The notes: generated by a model from the letters alone, not told the origin. Shown: positions 28,055 to 33,061, counted from the first letter of the stretch. The stretch is 33,061 nt of DNA from a virus (IMGVR_UViG_3300032315_000710:1-33061), one strand, 5' to 3'. Translations and numbers: made by a program.

Positions 28055-28337
28055 TTCTCAATAGTGTAAAGGAAAAATCCTAGTAGCTATGGTGAAAGAG
28101 TATTTGGAACATTGCTAATAAAATCTAGAGTAATATCACACAGTAGCAAACGCAAAGGCTTAAAAAACTGTGAGCCGGGGAAGAGCCGGACAGGCTTTGT
28201 GATATGGAATAGTGCTGAAAACAATGCTAAGAGTATTTGAGTAGTCATATTGAAACGATGAAGTACGTGGTAACACTCCGGCATAGCATTTGCGTTTGGA
28301 GCCGGAATTGTTGGTTCAAGCCCAACTTGAGAAGCCA
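28055..28337 (+). ncRNA. 283-nt tRNA-framed RNA (Gln-like acceptor, D and T arms) with ~200-nt D-loop insertion and 18-nt anticodon loop
   Basis: TTCTCAA/TTGAGAA-G-CCA, GTGT/ACAC D stem, GTTGG-TTCAAGC-CCAAC T arm, TCCGGC/GCCGGA stem. Confidence 0.7.
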
Positions 28338-28419
28338 AAATACTATGGAGCCGTATACACGGTAAGGTTCGATCACTTCACTGGTGTTTAGTGTGATTGG
28401 CTGCTCCGCCCAATTTTAT

Positions 28420-28496
28420 GCTCGCGTATCTCAGCCAGATAGAGCATCAGATTACGAATCTGCGGGTCAGAGGTTCAAATCCTGCTCCCGCACCCA
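28420..28496 (+). pseudogene. Degenerate copy of tRNA-Arg(ACG)
   Basis: Close to 27808-27884 up to the T loop, but acceptor strands no longer pair. Confidence 0.7.
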
Positions 28497-28603
28497 AGTC
28501 ATGAGCCCTGTGAAGTGCCACCCTGGCGGTCGAAGGTGGAAGTCACAGCAGGGCCACGACAGATAGCGGAAGCCCATGATCACCTCCGCTATACCAATTT
28601 TAT

Positions 28604-28679
28604 GCTAGGTTAGTGTCAGCGGTTAGCACACGAGTTTGTGGAACTCGGTGGATTGGTTCAAATCCAATACCTAGTACCA
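28604..28679 (+). tRNA. tRNA-His(GTG), alphaproteobacterial type
   Basis: CGAGT-TTGTGGA-ACTCG; G1:U72, A73, T at -1. Confidence 0.88.
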
Positions 28680-28686
28680 ATATCAT

Positions 28687-28761
28687 GCACCCTTAGCTCA
28701 GTGGGAGAGCATCACCTTGACATGGTGGAGGTCGCTGGTTCAAATCCAGCAGGGTGTACCA
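28687..28761 (+). tRNA. tRNA-Val(GAC)
   Basis: Canonical; loop TT-GAC-AT. Confidence 0.92.
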
Positions 28762-28769
28762 AAGTTTAT

Positions 28770-28834
28770 GCGGCCACATGCAAGAGCTACCTTCCGAAAG
28801 TAGCAAACAGCATAGAAAAATAGTGGCCGCGCCA
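28770..28834 (+). ncRNA. 65-nt CCA-ended RNA lacking D and T arms
   Basis: GCGGCCAC/GTGGCCGC-G-CCA enclosing ATGC..GCTAC/GTAGC..GCAT. Confidence 0.55.
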
Positions 28835-28840
28835 TATCAC

Positions 28841-28928
28841 GGAGTTGTGCTAGAGTGGACGATTAGACTATCTTGGAAAGGTAGCGTACCGCAAGGTACC
28901 GTGGGTTCGAATCCCACCGACTCCGCCA
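28841..28928 (+). tRNA. tRNA-Ser(GGA)
   Basis: Long V-arm GTACC-GCAA-GGTAC, G73. Confidence 0.92.
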
Positions 28929-29603
28929 CTATATCGGGGAGTAAGTCAGCGGTAGACGTTTTGGTTTGGGACCGGGAGGTTGTTCGCCCCACGCTCTCTC
29001 TAAACAAAACCAACATTTACCACAGGGTAGTTGACCGTAATCGGTACTACAACTTTTGGTCAGCGGGTAAACTGACTCTGTTATACCTTGTTCTAGATAT
29101 ATACCATATATGTCCTGTTTGGTTAAATTTGTCAGCGGCCTATATTGCCCGTTCCAACTCAAAGGACGTGTAACCAACGGCGATCTGGTTCTTTCGTATA
29201 AAAATTCAAACCGGTCGATGCCCTGTATATCAGTAGCAGATGGGTTACAATTGGTGCCGTATAATACGGATTTCACAATTTGTTGATGGTAGAGCATCTT
29301 GTCAGGTAGTAGGTTAATACTGCTGCTGCCTTCGGCGTCGGAGTTACACACCGACATGTGCTGTATAACATTATAATTGTTAGTCAATCGACAAATCTCT
29401 GATAATACGTCAGCACAAACTTTGTGTTGACACAGATTTCGCTGAACGGTACTGATAGTGAACAAGTGTATTTCTGTATCTTTTATTTGGTCTAATACCA
29501 AATATGCTAGTAAAGAACTATCAACACCGCCGGAAAAGCTAATACCTATAGCACCTGAAGGCAGTTCTAATGTGATATCGTTGTTTATGACTAGATGATG
29601 CAT
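28929..29603 (-). CDS. QueC-like (7-cyano-7-deazaguanine synthase family) PP-loop protein
   Basis: ISFSGGVDSSLL PP-loop, P....TKQDI, T.SC-x8-CGKCWFC.ER zinc motif; TAAATA 5 nt upstream of ATG. Confidence 0.8.
   Translation of the reverse strand: MHHLVINNDITLELPSGAIGISFSGGVDSSLLAYLVLDQIKDTEIHLFTISTVQRNLCQHKVCADVLSEICRLTNNYNVIQHMSVCNSDAEGSSSINLLPDKMLYHQQIVKSVLYGTNCNPSATDIQGIDRFEFLYERTRSPLVTRPLSWNGQYRPLTNLTKQDIYGIYLEQGITESVYPLTKSCSTDYGQLPCGKCWFCLERAWGEQPPGPKPKRLPLTYSPI
28935..28980 (+). pseudogene. 5' part of tRNA-Pro(TGG), truncated before the T arm
   Basis: CGGGGAG-TA-AGTC-AGCGGTA-GAC...TT-TGG-GA; no T arm or 3' acceptor strand. Confidence 0.65.
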
Positions 29604-29644
29604 AGTGATATTTATTATATTTTTGAAGTGATTACACTGAACTG

Positions 29645-29687
29645 ATCGGGGAGCAAGTCAGCGATAGACAGCCTGGTTTGAGACCAG
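29645..29687 (+). repeat. Second degenerate copy of the tRNA-Pro 5' half (direct repeat of 28933-28975)
   Basis: 35/43 identical by manual alignment. Confidence 0.75.
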
Positions 29688-29766
29688 TTTATAGAGATAC
29701 TCTCCGTGAGACGTTGCACAACAGTCTTGCGGAGGAAAGGGGACAGTGCAACTCCCCTGAGAGATT

Positions 29767-29862
29767 GGAAGCGTGGCAGAGCATGGCTGAATGCACCGGA
29801 TTCGAAACCCGGAACTCCTGTTACAACGGGTGTCGTGAGTTCAAATCTCACCGCTTCCGCCA
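29767..29862 (+). tRNA. tRNA-Ser(CGA)
   Basis: GGAAGCG/CGCTTCC-GCCA, loop TT-CGA-AA, long V-arm. Confidence 0.88.
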
Positions 29863-29867
29863 AAAAC

Positions 29868-29979
29868 ATGCAGGCTAGACGAACGTTACCGGTGGTGGAA
29901 CTTGGTATACACATCTGGTGATGAGCCAGACTTTGCTTAGGCATTTGCGGGTTCGAATCCCGTCCTACCTAGACTGCAT
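29868..29979 (+). ncRNA. Leu-like tRNA body without CCA, closed by a different terminal stem
   Basis: GTGGAA..GGTATACAC D arm, TCTGG-TGATGAG-CCAGA, V-arm, GCGGG-TTCGAAT-CCCGT; ends ATGCAGGCTAG/CTAGACTGCAT. Confidence 0.6.
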
Positions 29980-29983
29980 TTTT

Positions 29984-30119
29984 TATTTTTGGAGTTTCTC
30001 GTGTGTTTGGATCACTGTCGGTCGGCAGAAACGATATGCAGACAGGTGAATCGCAAAGAGAGAGTGTTCGACCAACGCAGGATGGAGAAAAACAATCACG
30101 ACCATCGGCTCCAAAAGTA
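29984..30119 (+). ncRNA. Stem-closed structured RNA B with possible pseudoknot
   Basis: TTTTGGAGT/GCTCCAAAA closing stem; internal GGTCG complementary to hairpin loop CGACC. Confidence 0.5.
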
Positions 30120-30143
30120 TTTTTATTTGAGGTCATATTTCGG

Positions 30144-30172
30144 TTGACTTTGGGTAGAGTATCGTCTACATT
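30144..30172 (+). promoter_or_regulatory. Internal sigma70-type promoter
   Basis: TTTCGG-TTGACT-N17-TACATT. Confidence 0.7.
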
Positions 30173-30183
30173 AAGAAAATAGA

Positions 30184-30218
30184 GAGAGCAGCGATGTTGT
30201 CTCGTTCTTTGACATTGT
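30184..30218 (+). promoter_or_regulatory. rrn-like antitermination leader (boxB-like hairpin + boxA)
   Basis: GAGAgCAGC-gat-GTTGTCTC hairpin then CGTTCTTTGACATTGT, just after the promoter. Confidence 0.65.
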
Positions 30219-30242
30219 TAAAAATAACAAGTCTCTTATGAG

Positions 30243-30356
30243 ACTTGTTAGATGAATGCTACGTTGAGCCACCCAAAGGCTCATAACCGTACAAAGGTTT
30301 ATGTGGGTTCGATTCCCACGTGCGGGGTTTGGGAACGTAGTATTCTTCTAACAAGT
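30243..30356 (+). ncRNA. Long-stem-closed tRNA-like cassette C
   Basis: ACTTGTTAGATGAATGCTACGTT / AACGTAGTATTCTTCTAACAAGT; three internal hairpins including GTGGG-TTCGATT-CCCAC. Confidence 0.7.
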
Positions 30357-30361
30357 ATCGT

Positions 30362-30495
30362 ATGATCTGGTGTTCTTAGAAAGGGAGTTCCTGTTAAGTG
30401 GCGAACTCTTTACTCTGACTAGTACAGAGAGGATAGGTCAGTATCCTAGGGAAGTGCAATTCTTCCAAACTCTCTTTCTAAGAACATCAGGTTAT
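30362..30495 (+). ncRNA. Long-stem-closed cassette D
   Basis: 28-bp continuous stem (with G:U); internal hairpins ending in GGAAG-TGCAATT-CTTCC. Confidence 0.7.
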
Positions 30496-30499
30496 CAAG

Positions 30500-30612
30500 T
30501 CAAGACAAAGTAGGCCCTAAAGCTCTTTGTCCCGCCCTCGCAAGCGGATATAGAATGGTTTAGGACATTCTATGCAGGATCGTTCCCTGCCGAGGGTATA
30601 TCTTTGTTCTGA
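30500..30612 (+). ncRNA. Stem-closed cloverleaf-like cassette E
   Basis: ACAAAG/CTTTGT and GCCCT/AGGGT closure; hairpins CCGC/GCGG, ATAGAATG/CATTCTAT, GCAGG-ATCGTTC-CCTGC. Confidence 0.55.
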
Positions 30613-30746
30613 ATTGTGTGTTTCCCGGGATAAACACAGTCAGGACAACATCGGTCGATGTTGCCACCGTGTCATCGCTGATGTAAAATAAGCGTATAGC
30701 TATATGTGACGAGCGCGTAGCAGTTAACGGTGGCCTGAAATCCCTT

Positions 30747-30849
30747 ATGAATTTATTAGATGAACACTATATCCGATCGTAAAATCTTCCCGCCTAGTGC
30801 TTGATTGCGGGGACTGGGAGTCCCGCTAGTGTTCTTCTAATAAATTTAT
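30747..30849 (+). ncRNA. Long-stem-closed cassette F
   Basis: ATGAATTTATTAGATGAACACTA / TAGTGTTCTTCTAATAAATTTAT (22 bp + one U:U). Confidence 0.7.
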
Positions 30850-30923
30850 GATGCTCAACAGTCGAGGGACTGAGCCGATGAATTTCGGTCGAGCCTGAGT
30901 TCGACTCTCAGGGTGCATCACCA
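30850..30923 (+). ncRNA. Aberrant CCA-ended tRNA-like RNA
   Basis: GATGC/GCATC-A-CCA, CAGTC-GAGG-GACTG in place of D arm, GCCGA-TGAATT-TCGGT, CCTGAG-TTCGACT-CTCAGG. Confidence 0.55.
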
Positions 30924-31009
30924 GTTTTCGGCTAAGACTGATCATCTTAGTTCGGATAGTCCAAAGCAAGCACCACTGGTACCTGATCAGTATTCATGCG
31001 CTAGCTTTT

Positions 31010-31081
31010 GCTTCGTTCGTCTATCGGAGAGGACACTGGCCTTGGGGCCGGAAAGATGGGTTCGATTCCCATACGAAGGTT
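31010..31081 (+). pseudogene. Glu-like tRNA body with 6-nt anticodon loop, no CCA
   Basis: CTTCGT/ACGAAG, GTCT..GGAC D arm, CTGGC-CTTGGG-GCCGG, ATGGG-TTCGATT-CCCAT. Confidence 0.55.
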
Positions 31082-31100
31082 CGGCTATTTACATATTAAT

Positions 31101-31176
31101 GCTCCTGTAGCTCAGTTGGTAGAGCACCTGACTGAAGATCAGGGTGTCGTCGGTTCGATTCCGTCTGGGAGCACCA
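31101..31176 (+). tRNA. tRNA-Phe(GAA)
   Basis: CCTGA-CTGAAGA-TCAGG, ACCA. Confidence 0.9.
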
Positions 31177-31224
31177 TAATTTTTCTTTGTTGGTATCAGC
31201 AGAGTAAATACATCATACTACTAT

Positions 31225-31310
31225 GCGGATGTGGCGGAATTGGTAGACGCCCCAGTTTTAGGTACTGGTATCGTAATGGTGTGGGGGTTCGAGTCCCTTC
31301 ATCCGCACCA
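31225..31310 (+). tRNA. tRNA-Leu(TAG)
   Basis: Canonical Leu D arm, V-arm, A73. Confidence 0.93.
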
Positions 31311-31391
31311 AAATTCAGAAATAGCAAGAACCCATGAAACTGTTTTAGCGATGAAACAGCGGAGGCTGTTATTTCTGATACGATGTCGTGG

Positions 31392-32033
31392 CTAAAGCTG
31401 CAAGGTGTACCTTGAATTGCCCTCGTTAAAGACAGCTAGTACATCTATATCTCGAAAAAGAGTAGGGTAATCAAAATTTTCTTTTTTTGAAAAGGATTTG
31501 AGCCCTTTAAACCTAAACTGATATTTAGGATATGGGTCATCGTCTCTGTTTTCTAGAGTTAACAACTCACCGGGAAATACTTTGAACCATTCTCCTTGTA
31601 TAGACAGCAAGTTAGTAAGTCTGGCAGTGTATTCAGGTATTTGGTCTTCTTCTAGAATTATAACTTCAGTAGTGTCTCGGTTTCTACCCCAATTAAGAGT
31701 TTTTCGTGCGATCATCTGACTTACTACTTGTGACTTGTAGTCTAACCTAACTGTATAGTACAATTTGCTAGATTGCTTAAACACTTCTTTTAGTAAATCC
31801 ACAGAATAATGATATATCCTTAATAAGTCTGTAACATGAAGTTTTATTAAAATATCCTTATTCTGTGACATACATAGAATTTCATTGACTCGCGCAATAT
31901 ATTCTTCGGAACTTGAGTTATTCCTGTGTTCAAGCATGACTTCACCTAGGTTCAGAACACCTAATTCATCAGCGATTGTTCCTGCTGCGGATGTGCTGCC
32001 GGAACGAGGATTAGAAATGATTGTATACAACAT
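31392..32033 (-). CDS. Sulfotransferase-like (Stf0/P-loop type) protein
   Basis: Start ATG at 32033 (TAAATA 5 nt upstream); ISNPRSGST 5'-PSB-like loop, LGE, IKLH, R.D...QVVS..IA. Confidence 0.7.
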   Translation of the reverse strand: MLYTIISNPRSGSTSAAGTIADELGVLNLGEVMLEHRNNSSSEEYIARVNEILCMSQNKDILIKLHVTDLLRIYHYSVDLLKEVFKQSSKLYYTVRLDYKSQVVSQMIARKTLNWGRNRDTTEVIILEEDQIPEYTARLTNLLSIQGEWFKVFPGELLTLENRDDDPYPKYQFRFKGLKSFSKKENFDYPTLFRDIDVLAVFNEGNSRYTLQL

Positions 32034-32071
32034 ATCTGTATTTAGTACACAACACACTTTAAGTAAGTTAT

Positions 32072-32157
32072 GCCCCGATGGTGGAATCGGTAGACGCGGG
32101 AGACTCAAAATCTCTTGCCCAAAAGGCGTGGGGGTTCAAGTCCCTCTCGGGGCACCA
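32072..32157 (+). tRNA. tRNA-Leu(CAA)
   Basis: Canonical; loop CT-CAA-AA. Confidence 0.93.
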
Positions 32158-32167
32158 GCTGATTCAC

Positions 32168-32243
32168 GGGTCCTTAGCTCAGTTGGTAGAGCATCTGACT
32201 TTTAATCAGATTGTCGCGGGTTCGAACCCCGCAGGACCCTCCA
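32168..32243 (+). tRNA. tRNA-Lys(TTT)
   Basis: TCTGA-CTTTTAA-TCAGA; U73 discriminator. Confidence 0.92.
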
Positions 32244-32246
32244 AGT

Positions 32247-32344
32247 TTACAACGTGGTGTAATGGTAGCACAGGAAGTCCGAGAGTCGTAATGATGGGTA
32301 GGCAGCAAGATGCCAGGATGCGGGTTCGATTCCCGGCGTTGTAA
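32247..32344 (+). ncRNA. tRNA-like RNA with remodelled anticodon region, no CCA
   Basis: TTACAACG/CGTTGTAA, GTGT-AATGGTA-GCAC D arm, CGGG-TTCGATT-CCCG T arm, ~50-nt middle without a canonical anticodon arm. Confidence 0.6.
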
Positions 32345-32350
32345 TTAAGT

Positions 32351-32538
32351 TTGTAGTGGGTGTTGGAAGTATTAGTCACAGAGCCTAGGCTGGCCAGTTG
32401 AATCTCTGTAAAGGATGACGGTTCAAGTACGCATCATGGCAACCATCTGACGATGACTTCAACAACGAACCCAACTGACCGGCGCTTATAATTGGTCGAT
32501 AATGCCGCTGATGTTGTGGATCAGCGGGCCCACTACAA
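32351..32538 (+). ncRNA. ~190-nt multi-stem pseudoknotted RNA (manA-motif-like candidate)
   Basis: TTGTAGTGGG/CCCACTACAA closure; TGTTGgAAGT/ACTTCAACA; loop segments CAGTTG and GGTTC complementary to GAACC-CAACTG. Confidence 0.7.
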
Positions 32539-32545
32539 TTCAATT

Positions 32546-32619
32546 GCCCTGTTAGTTAAATGGTAGAACGACTGTTTCGTAATCAGTAGGCGGCAGTTCG
32601 ATTCTGCCACAGGGCACCA
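32546..32619 (+). tRNA. tRNA-Thr(CGT)
   Basis: Loop TT-CGT-AA, ACCA. Confidence 0.9.
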
Positions 32620-32624
32620 AGTTT

Positions 32625-32718
32625 GCTCCCTTAGTTTAGCGGTAAAACACCTGGCTTATATCCAGCATCGTCTCCAGATTAGAGAGCGTCACAGGTTCGA
32701 ATCCTGTAGGGAGTACCA
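32625..32718 (+). tRNA. tRNA with TAT anticodon (Ile-AUA reader?) and long variable arm
   Basis: GCTCCCT/AGGGAGT-A-CCA, CTGG-CTTATAT-CCAG, V-arm TCTC-cagatta-GAGA. Confidence 0.75.
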
Positions 32719-32848
32719 AACTTGTTAGATGAACACTGTTCGGGTAGAAACTAGACTAGTGAAGTCATATTGCCGCTTCTTCAGTAACTAGTGAGGGTTC
32801 GAGTCCCTAAGGCGGCTTCGTTTCTTACAGTGTTCTTCTAAACAGTTT
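32718..32848 (+). ncRNA. Long-stem-closed cassette G
   Basis: TTAGATGAACACTGT / ACAGTGTTCTTCTAA; internal AGGG-TTCGAGT-CCCT; GCCGCTT/AGGCGGC complementarity. Confidence 0.7.
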
Positions 32849-32851
32849 ATT

Positions 32852-32937
32852 GCCTAGGTGGTGGAATGGTAGACACGCAACGTTGAGGTCGTTGTGGACG
32901 AAAGTCCGTGAAAGTTCGAGTCTTTTCTTGGGCACCA
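32852..32937 (+). tRNA. tRNA-Leu(GAG)
   Basis: CAACG-TTGAGGT-CGTTG, V-arm GGAC-GAAA-GTCC. Confidence 0.92.
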
Positions 32938-33042
32938 ATTTTTTCAAAACTAATAGATTATTTATAGATTTTGGTTGCACTAAGTCCAATCATAGTGTAT
33001 ATAATATAGACAGTCTAAATATGATAATACATAGGAGTTAAT

Positions 33043-33061
33043 CATGGCGGTACTAGCCTTA
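33043..33061 (+). CDS. Start of a gene truncated by the window end (MAVLAL...)
   Basis: AGGAG SD then ATG. Confidence 0.5.

Noticed and set aside
28139-28165. c-di-GMP-I riboswitch (GCAAA...CGCAAAG resemblance)
   Set aside because: P2/P3 arms are missing and the segment is better explained by complementarity to the anticodon loop
28055-28337. tmRNA or group I intron-containing tRNA
   Set aside because: No G3:U70 or convincing tag frame, the insert is in the D loop, and no P7/catalytic-core motifs were recognised by eye; needs Infernal to exclude fully
29924-29940. Hammerhead ribozyme core (TGATGAG)
   Set aside because: Preceded by G rather than C, lies in a hairpin loop, and has no matching GAAA strand
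30243-32848. CRISPR array or MITE-like mobile elements
   Set aside because: Repeats are inverted, dispersed and unequal in spacing; no cas or transposase genes and no target-site duplications seen
27076-33041. Short ORFs in the track overlapping tRNA/ncRNA genes (e.g. 27449-27640, 28087-28338, 28754-29173, 29615-29944, 31008-31337, 32078-32344, 32850-33041)
   Set aside because: They are chance translations of RNA genes without SD or protein-like composition
1-33061. Stop-codon reassignment
   Set aside because: Genes are full length in the standard code, TAG and TGA end recognisable proteins at expected positions, and no CTA/TCA/TTA-anticodon tRNA was found

Overview
Fragment of a large dsDNA tailed-phage genome (T4-like/'huge phage' organisation; almost all genes on +). 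Left to right: (1) 35-8860, a translationally coupled array of eight LamG/concanavalin-A-like lectin genes with conserved ends and variable middles, plus three small companion ORFs; (2) 8871-14005, a class Ia ribonucleotide reductase block (nrdA, alpha/beta hydrolase, nrdB, glutaredoxin); (3) a PAAR spike gene and a 970-aa probable virion protein; (4) 17.5-26.8 kb, accessory genes behind sigma70-type promoters (small ORFs, Prx5 peroxiredoxin, subtilase, PP-loop ATPase, PTH2-like protein, AAA ATPase, AhpD-like protein); (5) 26.9-32.95 kb, a ~6-kb RNA operon. The operon has about 17 full-length tRNA genes (including unusual Ile-AAT, Thr-AGT and long-arm Ile-TAT), several broken or remodelled tRNAs and two antisense enzyme genes. 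It also holds many non-tRNA structured RNAs: cassettes closed by long stems sharing a TAGATGAA/TTCTTCTA motif, CCA-ended mini-RNAs, a ~190-nt pseudoknotted RNA and a 283-nt tRNA-framed RNA whose enlarged anticodon loop is complementary to its own D-loop insertion. This ncRNA set is the best candidate for an undescribed system. tRNA-His identity (no G-1, G1:U72, A73), promoter form and a boxA element point to an alphaproteobacterial host (inference). All folds and family calls were made by eye; no searches were run.
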